Shown here: in pieces, positions 1 to 13,962 of the stretch | Position numbering within the stretch: the first letter of the stretch is position 1 | Layout of the letters: each line of letters begins with the position of its first letter | Assembly (NCBI GenBank): GCA_032718475.1 | Contig: JAUCBJ010002324.1 | Location: forward strand, 1 to 39,370 | From: Nemertoderma westbladi | Lineage: Eukaryota > Animalia > Xenacoelomorpha | Direction of reading: 5' to 3' | DNA: 39,370 nucleotides | Notes under the pieces: generated by a model | The model's database searches: none | Told to the model about the DNA's origin: nothing | What the model saw: only the letters and a program-made list of their open reading frames with translations | Made by a program: the position numbers and the translations under genes

Positions 1-409
1 ACTCAATGCCAGGTTCTGATAAATTAGTCGAGTAGACGCTTGGTACATTTTACTGACGAACCGTTCTCCAGCGTATGACTGCAATTTTATTTGCTCATGA
101 TGTTGTTCCACATTATAATAATAAATTTTCGCTATTAAGACTTTGGGAAAGGTTGAGCAATTTTTTTTACGGCCGTTTGTTTGGAGGGTAAAATCATAAC
201 AAAATTACCAAAAAATGTTAAGTTATGTAGAGAATGTGTTAGCAACTAAATTAAACATTCTAGAATATTATGTTTTATGTAATACATAATGCAAACATTT
301 CTGTAATAGTTTTCATTTAGGCAATTAAAATGACCTTAAAGATAGTTGGACGTGACGAGTGCTTTGACTAACATAATTAAAAAAATCTTGATTAATAGTG
401 ACATTTAGT

Positions 410-621
410 TTTGAGAAAGATTGCCTTATCTGGATCTACTGCCTTATATATACCGGTAGCAATATGAGAAAGGACTTTTGCCCTGAAAACCCGAAGATTG
501 CCGCGATACGAAAAATTAGCTAGAAATGTGAAGATTCCGTTGGATTTGGGAGATGGTGAGCTTGACGACCTAACTATTTTGCGAACACGATTCTATCGAA
601 GTTGTTATGTCAATTTTAAAG
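410..621 (+). pseudogene. Decayed fragment resembling the N-terminal region of an Academ-type DNA transposon protein
   Basis: Bases 501-621 translate as PRYEKLARNVKIPLDLGDG...RFYRSCYVNFK, preceded by CLI and DFCP pieces in broken frames. This resembles the CxxC..CP..Y..LA.N..(H/Y)RSCY pattern I recall from Academ-like proteins. No termini found. Confidence 0.35.
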
Positions 622-1646
622 GTAATGTACTGCACTTAATGTACGCCACCATTTAATATGTAGAATATTGTATAATACTTTGATTTAAGAAGATTTGCAT
701 TTTCGCTTTACAATTGTTGTTTGAAAAGAATTTTAAAACGTCCCTCCCATCGCCACGGCCCTATCAAGCATTATTGATCATTTCATAATACTTTTTATGT
801 AGCTATTTTTAATTTTTGAAACAAATAAAAGTTCTGGAACATATTGTCGTATACCCAACATGTATACAATATTATTGTTGCTCATAATTTTAAAATATGT
901 CAGATTTTATTTATTTATTTATTTTAAAATATGTCAGATTTTTTTGTTATGATGGAAATATTTAGAATCTTATATAGAATAATTTTTTTGTATATTTAAG
1001 CAGCCACCACAAGCAGAAAGATCCCACGGTAGTTTGTTGGTATTCCGAAATCTCCTTTCTTGGGGAGAGCTTTAGTTGACTTTTAGTCCAAATTGGTGGT
1101 TGCTTTTCCATATTCAGCATCCGTTTGCAAACATCCAGATACCATAATGGTCTGTTTAGCACTTCTGTTTCCCATACCTCTTCAAGGATTTTATCTAATC
1201 CACTCGCTTTATAATTTGACATTTACATTTAATACTTCTTTGGAGTTCGGCAGGTGTGAAGTCCTCTGTTTCTATAGGTAGCGTCTTGCCATATATTTTC
1301 TCGCTCTGATGCATTGGTTGAATTGTAGCAACACATTGCTGTTGTCTTGTGATTCCCACCAAATGTTGTAATTATGAGTTTATGATCCTGGAATTTTTAT
1401 AGTCGATGAGGTTTAGTATCAGAAGTGCAAATGGACTAAGCAGAACTCATACTCCACCATTTGAAACATTGACAGAATTGTTTTCTGCTGAGCTTGCAGA
1501 CTGGAAATGGATGGACGTTACAAACGTCCATTTCAAATGTAATTTATTATACTTGATGGCAATGTCTGATGACAAATCTGATATTATTGAATGCAAATGA
1601 TGTCGATATTATATTCCATTGCCAGAGCTATAATAATGTTTGTTAA

Positions 1647-3205
1647 CCCTATTAAACCCGGGGGGGGGGGGGGTCAATATGACCCCCCCCGTGGTTTTTT
1701 TATTATAATTCTGAAACAAACGCAGTTGGGAATCTGAAATTTTATGACTTTTCCTAAAAATCTATTGTCTTCCTAGTAGTGAAAACCGTTTTCAAAAATA
1801 TTGGGTACTTTTCGAGTTATAGCACCATTTTTTAACCCTACTTTTGGCACTTTTTTTGAGACGTTTTTTGAAAATTACATTTCATTAAATATGAATTGTA
1901 ACATCTCTATTTTTGATTTACACCGGTTTTTTGGTGTTAGAAATTTGATGGAATTCATATAAATTGATTTAGAAATTTCAAACTTGTTTTTTTCGGTGGG
2001 TGCCAAATTTTGGTGCCAGCACCAAATTTTGAAATAAGTCAATTTTGTAAATTGATCGTTTGAAACTTGTTTTTTACGCAATTGGGGTTTTTTGGGTTTC
2101 TGGATTCGATGAAATATATACGAGTTGCACCAAGCGTATCAAACTTGTATTTTTCGGTGCTGTGTGCAAATTTTGGTGCTAGCACGAAATTTTGAAAATC
2201 CATTCAATAGATAAAATTGCTTGTGACAATTTATTTCTTGCGTTTTAGAGGTTTATGGCTGTTCTGAATTCAATGGAAAATATAATTATCGAACTAGACA
2301 TCTCAAACTTGTATTTTTCGGATGTGGGTGCAAAATGTGGTGCTAGCACCAAATTTTGAAAACCATCAAATATATCAATTGATTGTGTCACCTTGTTTCT
2401 TGCGTTATACGGGTTTGTGATGGTTCTGAATTCAATGGAATCAGTAAAAATTTCATAAGAGTTCTCAAACTTGTATTTTTCGCCGGTGGGTGAAAATTGT
2501 TGTGCCAGCACCAAATTTTGGAAAATATGCAAATTGATAAGTAGATAGTATCACCTTGTTTCTTGCGTTATACGGGTTTATGAGGGTCCTGAATCCGATG
2601 GAATCAATAAAAACAGCACTGGACATCGCAAACTTGTACTTTTTGGTGATGGGTACGAAATTTGGTGCTAGCACCAAAATTTGCCAAATTACGCCGAAAA
2701 ATACAAGTAGCAATGATCTGGCATATTAGAAATGTATTCCATTAGAATCAGCGCCCTCGAAAACCTGAAAATGTGAATTTATAGCATCGTATAAGTGAAT
2801 TAAAAATTTTGTGTTCTAACTGAAAAGTGCTGGTTACTTGTTTTTTTCATTTTTTTCCTACGCAGAGAGGACTAAACAGCCATTTATAGTAATCATATCA
2901 TTTTTTAATATTTTCCAATGTATTTTGCACCCCAGAAAACCTGTATTGAAAAATAATTAGCCGAAAATGTAACTTTCAAATTTGGTGAAAATTGTGCACT
3001 ACTTGTAATTTTGGTGGTGCAATATAACCACCCCAGTACATTTATTCGAAAATTTTTTTTTTCGGTCGGATCCAGACAAGTGATACCTACGTACAAACAA
3101 AAAATCAGACGTTTTCGTAAATATTTGTAGATTTTAGAGGGGGGGGGGTCAATATGACCCCCCCCCGGTATTTGTACAACATTTTATAGCCCGGTACTAA
3201 TAGGG
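1647..3205. mobile_element. Non-autonomous piggyBac-type element (MITE)
   Basis: TTAA target duplication at 1643-1646 and 3206-3209. Ends are CCCTATTA...TAATAGGG with a further CCGGG match. The subterminal palindrome GGGGGTCAATATGACCCCC occurs near both ends. No transposase ORF. Confidence 0.85.
1940..2690. repeat. About five diverged ~163-bp tandem units inside the piggyBac MITE
   Basis: The anchor CAAACTTGT recurs near 1978, 2139, 2303, 2465 and 2628. Each unit carries a TTTGGTGCTAGCACCAAA-like palindrome. Confidence 0.8.
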
Positions 3206-4069
3206 TTAAGCAGTTTCAGAGTGCGTGCGTTCATTGTAGCAATCTTTACTGTGTTTCTAAGTTTCAACAGGTTGGTCCTCATTCTTCTCTACCTTATTTC
3301 ATCCACTGGGGACGATAAAAGGAGTACCTGTTGAATTACTGGGAGCAAACCTTGGGATATGAGTAGCACCAGTCCTACCGTCGGGTAGTACCGGCAGCTA
3401 TTGAAGAGGGAGACAGAAGCAGGTAACAGTGGTACCTTATTCTAACCAAAATATTAAACGAAAGTCAATGGAACAGAATATAGTTTTATTCTTGGGAGTA
3501 GCCAGCAGTTATATGCGTCGAGAGATGTTTCCCTGGAGGGGGATGAATTTTGATTGCGACTAAAGTCCCTCCCTATCTTCGAAGAGATGCCTTCGGTTCG
3601 GCTTCGACCGACTGTTTGATTTGCTTTTTTACTATTGTATAATGTAGATATTGATATATATTATTCTAATTCCTATAACTTTTAATTCGAACTTTTAATT
3701 CCTGCAAAGCTAACCTAGCATTGCGAAATATCTTGCACAAAATATAATGAAAGTATTATTTATTTCAGATATGAAATTTAGAATTAAAGGAAACTGCAGT
3801 AGTCAAGAATATAAGAAGAGCGTGCTCTCACTCAAGTATTATTCTGGAGAGCGGCTGTAGATAATATGCAGCCGGCATCCGTCACTATAGCCTACAAAGT
3901 TTGGTTTGATGTGGCAGCAATTTGTAAATTGGTCTTTAAAATTTTATTGCAAGTGTGCGAGCAAGGACTGTGCTAACGTGTAATTAAATATATTATCAAA
4001 CATTAAACTAAAATTAATTACTGCAAATGCAGAAGTTGTTTCATCGACATTCCTTCACCTTTCATTTCA

Positions 4070-4380
4070 CGGTCCATTGGTAATACCGAACATCACCTTA
4101 CAGAAACAACATCTCAGTTTGGGTAACCACTGCTACTTCGTTAAGGATATACCTGCGCCATTCTGTCCATAAATGCGTCGGCCTTTACCGTCGACATTCG
4201 CAGTAACATATTTCCGCCAGTTCTTGAGGGTACATGTCTAGAGAGAGTTAGGGTGCTGATATGTATTCCTGAGAGAGAGGTATGTCAGTGCATTACTTGG
4301 CCACAGTGATGAGTTCCAAATTGCACACCGAGCCTTGTATGTATTACAAGTTCACTGCCTGTAACAGTGTTTGCCATAAC
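4070..4380 (-). pseudogene. Decayed fragment resembling the C-terminal Cys-rich end of an Academ-type transposon protein
   Basis: Broken minus-strand frames give ELVIHTR, ARCAIWNSSL, PQELAEICYCEC and CCFCK, matching the H..R..(YQ)..IW..SL / P.E.....C.C pattern. Contains stops and frameshifts. Confidence 0.35.
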
Positions 4381-7342
4381 ACTGCAATGTTACAAAATTT
4401 GTAACTCCTAACTTCAAACATAATACTTATTCCTTAAGTTTTTATTTTCTCGAGCTTAGTTTCTCCTTATTTATGATTGACCAGTGTCTAAATATATAAA
4501 TATACCCTTGCATGTTATTTCATTATTGTTGCTATGTAAAACATCTGTCGTTAAGATAAATAGTGTTCTAGAAAAAATTGCTCAATGTGGACTATGTGAA
4601 ATATAACATAATTTCAAATGGCTTATACAAGTTAACACTTTCAGCAAAAAAAAACTGCAGTCATACCCAATTTGAACGGTGGTTGCCACTGTCTACTTGA
4701 CTAAATAGTTTACTAATTTAAATAGGAAAATCCAATGGATAGAATCAAGCACAATTAATAAAAAACTAAGACTAATAAAAAACTAATCAGTTAAATTTTA
4801 GACACCATCCGAAATAAAGTGCTTAACAGATTTTTGCAAATAGGGCATCATCAATGAAATCAAGCTATATGCCATAGTATCAACAATGGGTGAAAATTCC
4901 ATTCAAATCTCCGACCCCTGCCTGCCTTTGGATTTTGGTTAATGGGCTATATTTTGGTTTGACGTTGAAATCATATAAGGAATGGAAAGAGGGATCGGAA
5001 AGAGGTTATTAAGGCGCTTTTTATCCCGCCGAGTTGACTCCCAACCATGAGGTCGGCAAGCAGGGTACACACTAAAAGGTATATGGAGCTATATGGAGCA
5101 ATACCGAACTATACGGAGCAATACCGAGCTATATGGTGCAATACCGAGATATACAGAGCGATACCGAGTTATACGGAGCAATACCGAGTTATACGGAGCT
5201 ATACTGAGCTATACCAATCTATACTGACCTATACGGAGCAATACCAAGTTATACGGAGTGAATACCAACCTATACTGAGCTATACAGAGCAATACCGAGC
5301 TATATGGATCAATACCGAGCTATACAGAGCAATACCGAGCTATAAGGAGCAATAACGAGTTATATAGAGCAATACCGAGTTATACGGAGCAATACCGAGC
5401 TATACGGAGCTATAGCGAGCTATACGGAGCAATACCGAGTTATACAGAGTGAATACCGAGCTATACCGAGCTATATGGATCAATACCGAGCTATACAGAG
5501 CAATACCGAGCTATAAGGAGCAATACGGAGATATATGGAGCAATACCGAGTTATACGGAGCAATACCGAGTTATACGGTACAATACCGAGCTATATGGAG
5601 CAATACCGAGCTATACGGAGCAATACCGCGCTATAAGGAGCAATACCGAGCTATACGGAGCAATACCGAGCTATACCAACCTATACCGACCTATACGGAG
5701 CAATACCTAGCTATATAGAGCAATACCGAGTTATACGGAGTGAATACCGTGTTATACCGAGCTATACGGAGCAATACCAAGCTATACAGAGCAATATCGA
5801 GTTATACAGAGTGAATACCGAGCTATACCGAGCTATACGGAGCTATACTGAACTATACCAACCTATACCGACTTATGTGGAGCAATGCCGAGATATACGG
5901 AGCAATACCGAGTTATACAGAGTGAATACCGAGCTATACCGAGCTATATGGAGCAATACCGAGCTATACAGAGCAATACCGAGTTATACAGAGTGAATAC
6001 CGAGCTATACCGAGCTATATGGGCAATACCGAGCTATACCAAGCTATACGGAGCAATACCGAGCTATACAGAGCAATACCGAGTTATACAGAGTGAATAC
6101 CGAGCTATACCGAGCTATATGGGCAATACCGAGCTATACCAAGCTATACGGAGCAATACCGAGCTATACCAAGCTATACGGAGCAATACCGAGCTATACA
6201 GAGCAATACCGAGTTATACAGAGTGAATACCGAGCTATACCGAGCTATATGGGCAATACCGAGCTATACCAAGCTATACGGAGCAATACCGAGCTATACA
6301 GAGCAATACCGAGCAAGCAATACCGAGCTATACCAATCTATACTGAGCTATAAGGAGCAATACTGAGCTATACGGAGCAATACCGAGTTATACGGAGTGA
6401 ATACCGAGCTATACGGAGTATTACCGAGGTATACCAAGCTAAATGGAGCAATGCCGAGCTATATGGAGCAATACTGAGCTATACCAAGCTATACGGAGCA
6501 ATACAGAGATATAGGGAGCAATACCGAGCTATACGGAGCTATATGGAGCAATACCGAGCTATACAGAGCAATACCGAGTTATACAGAGTGAATACCGAGC
6601 TATACCGAGCTATATGGAGCAATACCGAGCTATACCAAGCTATACGGAGCAATACTGAGCTATATGGATCAATACCGAGTTATACAGAGTGAATACCGAG
6701 CTATACCGAGCTATACGGAGCTATACTGAACTATACCAACCTATACCGACTTATGCGGAGCAATGCCGAGCTATACGGAGCAATACCGAGTTATACAGAG
6801 TGAATACCGAGCTATACCGAGCTATATGGAGCAATACCGAGCTATACAGAGCAATACCGAGTTATACAGAGTGAATACCGAGCTATACCGAGCTATATGG
6901 GCAATACCGAGCTATACCAAGCTATACGGAGCAATACTGAGCTATATGGAGCAATACCGAGTTATACAGAGTGAATACCGAGCTATACCAAGCTATACGG
7001 AGCATTACCGAGCTATACCAAGCTAAATGGAGCAATACCAAGCTATACGGAGCAATACCGAGCTATACAGAGCAATACCGAGCAAGCAATACCGAGCTAT
7101 ACCAATCTATACTGAGCTATAAGGAGCAATACTGAGCTATACGGAGCAATACCGAGTTATACGGAGTGAATACCGAGCTATACGGAGTATTACCGAGGTA
7201 TACCAAGCTAAATGGAGCAATGCCGAGCTATATGGAGCAATACTGAGCTATACCAAGCTATACGGAGCAATACAGAGATATAGGGAGCAATACCGAGCTA
7301 TATGGAGCAATACCGTGTTATACAGAGTGAATACCGAGCTAT

Positions 7343-7989
7343 TGTAAGCGGATTCAATTCCGTGTATTACCCACCGAAAATGGGACTAGTGGCATTTTAC
7401 CAATATAGTTGGCGATGTGGAATTACCAATAATAATCTCACCTCATAACCAACTGGGGGGGGGGGGGGGATATACGCCGTAAGCCACAGAGAGAGATGAG
7501 AGGTCAAACCACCTCAGAGGGAGAAACAAGCTAGTGAGGCTAGCACCAAGGGGTAATGGCAACAGGGAGTGGTGAAGTGACAATTAATCAGGTTAAGCCA
7601 ATAGTGGGCAGGAAAGCACATTGAGGAGGACAAGAGCGCATCCATTGGATATTAAGGCCGCCCAGTAGTGTATGGTTAAAGTAATATGTGTCAATGATAT
7701 AACCCTTACAATTACTGCTTATTAGTTAGTTGATTTCATTATGGTTGTGAGACTGGAATATTTTTTGACCGTAGTCGCTGTAACTATTTGTATTGCATAT
7801 TATTATATTCAGACTGTGCTATTATCAATTGCTGTGAATATCAATACTGACAACTAACTCTGTTGTTTTCATCGGCCTTTGGACAAATATATATATCCAG
7901 CCTTAGCTCAGCAGCCCAGTGACGCGACGACGCGTACAACCTACACCAGTCGATATCCACCACTGTCAACTCCAGTGGATACCGTCACA
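7343..7989 (+). mobile_element. Solo LTR (647 bp) inserted in the satellite
   Basis: TGTAAG...GTCACA ends with an imperfect terminal inverted repeat and a 5-bp target duplication GCTAT (7338-7342, 7990-7994). Contains CCAAT and TATA-like motifs and no internal domain. Strand is tentative. Confidence 0.8.
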
Positions 7990-10900
7990 GCTATACCGAG
8001 CTATATGGAGCAATACCGAGCTATACGGAGCAATACCAAGTTATACAGAGTGAATACTGAGCTATATGGAGCAATACCGAGCTATACGGAGCAATACAGA
8101 GTTATATGGAGTGAATACCGAGCTATACCGAGCAATACCAAGCTATACCAAGCTAAACTGAGCAATACCGAGCTATACGGAGCAATACCGAATTATATGG
8201 AGTGAATACCGAGGTATACGGAGTAATACCGAGCTAAATGGAGCAATACCAAGCTATATGGAGTGAATACCGAGCTATACGGTGCAATACCAAGCTATAC
8301 AGAGTGAATACCGAGCTATATGGAATGAATAACGAGCTATACGGAGTGAATACCGAGCTATACTGTGCTATACGGAGCAATACCGAGCTATACAGAGTGA
8401 ATAGCGAGCTATACCGAGCTATGCGGACCAATACCGAGCTATACTGAGTGAATACAGAGCTATATCGAGCTATACCGAGCAAAACCGAGCTATACCAATC
8501 TAAACTGAGCAATACCGAGCTATACGGAGCAATACCGAATTATACGGAGTGAATACCGAGCTATACGGAGCAATACCGAGCTATATGGAGCAATACCGAG
8601 CTATATGGAGTGAATACCGAGCTATACGGTGCAATACCAAGCTATACAGAGTGAATACCGAGCTATATGGAATGAATAGCGAGCTATACGGAGTGAATAC
8701 CGAGCTATACTGTGCTATACGGAGCAATGCCGAGCTATACAGAGTGAATAGCGACCTATACCGAGCTATGCGGAGCAATACCGAGCTATACTGAGTAAAT
8801 AAAGAGTTATACCGAGCTATATGGAGCAATACTGGGCTATACGAGTGAATACAGAGCTATACTGAGCTATACGGAGCAATACCGAGCTATACGGAGCTAT
8901 ACCGAGTTTTACAGAACAATACCGAGTTATACGGAGCAATGCCGAGTTATATGGAGCAATACCGAGCTATACGGATCTATACCGTGTTATACAGAGTGAA
9001 TACCAACCTATACCGAGCTACACGGAGAAATACCAAGCTATACAGAGTGAATACCGAGCTATATGGAATGAATAGCGAGCTATACGGAGTGAATACCGAG
9101 CTATACTGTGCTATACGGAGCAATGCCGAGCTATACAGAGTGAATAGCGACCTATACCGAGCTATGCGGAGCAATACCGAGCTATACTGAGTGAATAAAG
9201 AGTTATACCGAGCTATATGGAGCAATACTGTGCTATACGAGTGAATACAGAGCTATACCGAGCTATACGGAGCAATACCGAGCTATATGGAGCTATACCG
9301 AGTTTTACAGAACAATACCGAGTTATACGGAGCAATGCCGAGTTATATGGAGCAATACCGAGCTATACAGAACAATACTGTGTTATACAGAGTGAATATC
9401 AATCAATACCGAGCTATACCGAGTTATATGGAGCAATACCAAGCTATATGGAGTGAATACAGAGCTATACCGAGCTATATGGAGCAATACCGAGCAATAC
9501 CGAGCTATACGGAGCAATACCGAGCTATATGGAGCAATACCGAGCAATGCCGAGCTATACGGAGCAATACCGATCTATATGGAGCAATACTGATCTATAT
9601 GGAGCAATACCGAGCTATACGGAGCAATACTGAGCTATACAGAGCAATACCGAGCTATACGGATTGAATACCAACCTATACCGAGCTATATGGAGCAATA
9701 CCAAGCTATATGGAGCAATATCGAGCTATATGGAACAATACTGAGCTATACGTAGCAATACTGAGCTATGTGGAGCAATACGGAGCAATACCAAGCTATA
9801 CGGAGCAATACCGAGCTATACAGAGCAATACCGAGCTGTATGGAGCAATACTGAGCTGTACGGAGCAATACCGAGCTATTCCAACCTATACCGAACTATA
9901 CAGAGAAATACCGAGCTATATGGAGCAATACCGAGTTATACGGAGTGAATACCGAGCTATACCGAGCTATACGGAGCAATACCAAGCTATACCAAGCTAT
10001 ATGGAGCAATACCGAGCTATACAGAGCAATACTGAGCTATACGGAGCAATACCAAGTTATACGGAGTGAATACCGAGCTATACCGGGATATACGGAGCAA
10101 TACTGAGCTATACAGAGCAATACCGATCTATACGGAGCAATACCGAGCTATGCAGAGCAATACTGAGCTATACCAACCTATACCGAGCTATACCAACCTA
10201 TACTGACCTATACGGAGCAATACTGAGCTATACGGAGCAATACCAAGTTATATGGAGTGAATACAGAGCTATACCGAGCTATACGGAGCAATACCGAGCT
10301 ATACGGAGCAATACCAAGTTATATGGAGTGAATACAGAGCTATACCGAGCTATACGGAGCAATACCGAGCTATACCAAGCTATTTGGAGCAATACCGAGC
10401 TATACCAAGCTAAACTGAGCAATACTGAGCTATACGGCACAATACCGAATTATACAAAGTGAATACCGAGCTATACAGAGCAATACCGAGCTATATGGAG
10501 CAATACCGAGCTATATGGAGTGAATACCGAGCTATATGGAATGAATAGCGAGCTATACGGAGTATTACCGAGGTATACCAAGCTAAATGGAGCAATGCCG
10601 AGCTATATGGAGCAATACTGAGCTATACCAAGCTATACGGAGCAATACAGAGATATAGGGAGCAATACCGAGCTATACGGAGCTATATGGAGCAATACCG
10701 AGCTATACAGAGCAATACCGAGTTATACAGAGTGAATACCGAGCTATACCAAGCTATATGGAGCAATACTGAGCTATACCAAGCTATACGGAGCAATACT
10801 GAGCTATATGGAGCAATACCGAGTTATACAGAGTGAATACCGAGCTATACCGAGCTATACCGAGCTATACGGAGCTATACTGAACTATACCAACCTATAC

Positions 10901-11789
10901 CGACTTATGCGGAGCAATGCCGAGCTATACGGAGCAATACCGAGTTATACAGAGTGAATACCGAGCTATACCGAGCTATATGGAGCAATACCGAGCTATA
11001 CAGAGCAATACCGAGTTATACAGAGTGAATACCGAGCTATACCAAGCTATATGGAGCAATACTGAGCTATACCAAGCTATACGGAGCAATACTGAGCTAT
11101 ATGGAGCAATACCGAGTTATACAGAGTGAATACCGAGCTATACCGAGCTATACCGAGCTATACGGAGCTATACTGAACTATACCAACCTATACCGACTTA
11201 TGCGGAGCAATGCCGAGCTATACGGAGCAATACCGAGTTATACAGAGTGAATACCGAGCTATACCGAGCTATATGGAGCAATACCGAGCTATACAGAGCA
11301 ATACCGAGTTATACAGAGTGAATACCGAGCTATACCGAGCTATATGGGCAATACCGAGCTATACCAAGCTATACGGAGCAATACTGAGCTATATGGATCA
11401 ATACCGAGTTATACAGAGTGAATACCGAGCTATACCAAGCTATACGGAGCATTACCGAGCTATACCAAGCTAAATGGAGCAATACCAAGCTATACGGAGC
11501 AATACCGAGCTATACAGAGCAATACCGAGCAAGCAATACCGAGCTATACCAATCTATACTGAGCTATAAGGAGCAATACTGAGCTATACGGAGCAATACC
11601 GAGTTATACGGAGTGAATACCGAGCTATACGGAGTATTACCGAGGTATACCAAGCTAAATGGAGCAATGCCGAGCTATATGGAGCAATACTGAGCTATAC
11701 CAAGCTATACGGAGCAATACAGAGATATAGGGAGCAATACCGAGCTATACGGAGCAATACCGTGTTATACAGAGTGAATACTGAGCTAT

Positions 11790-12435
11790 TGTAAGCGGAT
11801 TCAATTCCGTGTATTACCCACCGAAAATGGGACTAGTGGCATTTTACCAATATAGTTGGCGATGTGGAATTACCAATAATAATCTCACCTCATAACCAAC
11901 TGGGGGGGGGGGGGGATACACACCGTAAGCCACAGAGAGAGATGAGAGGTCAAACCACCTCAGAGGGAGAAACAAGCTAGTGAGGCTAGCACCAAGGGGT
12001 AATGGCAACAGGGAGTGGTGAAGTGACAATTAATCAGGTTAAGCCAATAGTGGGCAGGAAAGCACATTGAGGAGGACAAGAGCGCATCCATTGGATATTA
12101 AGGCCGCCCAGTAGTGTATGGTTAAAGTAATATGTGTCAATGATATAACTCTTACAATTACTGCTTATTAGTTAGTTGATTTCATTATGGTTGTGAGACT
12201 GGAATATTTTTTGACCGTAGTCGCTGTAACTATTTGTATTGCATATTACTATATTCAGACTGTGCTATTATCAATTGCTGTGAATATCAATACTGACAAC
12301 TAACTCTGTTGTTTTCATCGGCCTTTGGCCAAATATATATATCCAGCCTTAGCTCAGCAGCCCAGTGACGCGACGACGCGTACAACCTACACCAGTCGAT
12401 ATCCACCACTGTCAACTCCAGTGGATACCGTCACA
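11790..12435 (+). mobile_element. Second copy of the same solo LTR (646 bp)
   Basis: About 99% identical to 7343-7989 (about five substitutions plus G-run length). Same GCTAT duplication and same flanking satellite variants. Confidence 0.8.
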
Positions 12436-13962
12436 GCTATACCGAGCTATATGGAGCAATACCGAGCTATACGGAGCAATACCAAGTTATACAGAGTGAA
12501 TACTGAGCTATATGGAGCAATACCGAGCTATACGGAGCAATACAGAGTTATATGGAGTGAATACCGAGCTATACCGAGCAATACCAAGCTATACCAAGCT
12601 AAACTGAGCAATACCGAGCTATACGGAGCAATACCGAATTATATGGAGTGAATACCGAGGTATACGGAGTAATACCGAGCTAAATGGAGCAATACCAAGC
12701 TATATGGAGTGAATACCGAGCTATACGGTGCAATACCAAGCTATACAGAGTGAATACCGAGCTATATGGAATGAATAACGAGCTATACGGAGTGAATACC
12801 GAGCTATACTGTGCTATACGGAGCAATACCGAGCTATACAGAGTGAATAGCGAGCTATACCGAGCTATGCGGACCAATACCGAGCTATACTGAGTGAATA
12901 CAGAGCTATATCGAGCTATACCGAGCAAAACCGAGCTATACCAATCTAAACTGAGCAATACCGAGCTATACGGAGCAATACCGAATTATACGGAGTGAAT
13001 ACCGAGCTATACGGAGCAATACCGAGCTATATGAAGCAATACCGAGCTATATGGAGTGAATACCGAGCTATACGGTGCAATACCAAGCTATACAGAGTGA
13101 ATACCGAGCTATATGGAATGAATAGCGAGCTATACGGAGTGAATACCGAGCTATACTGTGCTATACGGAGCAATGCCGAGCTATACAGAGTGAATAGCGA
13201 CCTATACCGAGCTATGCGGAGCAATACCGAGCTATACTGAGTAAATAAAGAGTTATACCGAGCTATATGGAGCAATACTGGGCTATACGAGTGAATACAG
13301 AGCTATACCGAGCTATACGGAGCAATACCGAGCTATACGGAGCTATACCGAGTTTTATAGAACAATACCGAGTTATACGGAGCAATGCCGAGTTATATGG
13401 AGCAATACCGAGCTATACGGATCTATACCGTGTTATACAGAGTGAATACCAACCTATACCGAGCTACACGGAGAAATACCAAGCTATACAGAGTGAATAC
13501 CGAGCTATATGGAATGAATAGCGAGCTATACGGAGTGAATACCGAGCTATACTGTGCTATACGGAGCAATGCCGAGCTATACAGAGTGAATAGCGACCTA
13601 TACCGAGCTATGCGGAGCAATACCGAGCTATACTGAGTGAATAAAGAGTTATACCGAGCTATATGGAGCAATACTGGGCTATACGAGTGAATACAGAGCT
13701 ATACCGAGCTATACGGAGCAATACCGAGCTATACGGAGCTATACCGAGTTTTACAGAACAATACCGAGTTATACGGAGCAATGCCGAGTTATATGGAGCA
13801 ATACCGAGCTATACAGAACAATACTGTGTTATACAGAGTGAATATCAATCAATACCGAGCTATACCGAGTTATATGGAGCAATACCAAGCTATATGGAGT
13901 GAATACAGAGCTATACCGAGCTATATGGAGCAATACCGAGCAATACCGAGCTATACGGAGCA

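Larger units (their letters stand above)
960..3480 (-). mobile_element. Decayed RTE-type LINE with internal deletions, interrupted by a piggyBac-type MITE at a TTAA
   Basis: Joining 3210-3270 to 1590-1646 on the minus strand gives the APE N-terminus (KIATMNARTLK...YNIDIICIQ). Region 960-1300 gives pre-RT motifs (KASGLDKI.EEVW, PKKGD...TNYRGI) and aligns with the plus-strand copy at 38520-38810. The 5' boundary is approximate. Confidence 0.75.

Noticed and set aside
3480-3620. HDV-like ribozyme at the 5' end of the RTE element (minus strand)
   Set aside because: RTE elements can carry one, but I could not assemble P1, P3 and the L3 core from this sequence.
7343-12435. LTR-satellite-LTR as one TRIM/LARD-like element
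   Set aside because: Each LTR has its own GCTAT duplication, both flanks are duplicated too, and there is no PBS or PPT. A tandem duplication explains it.
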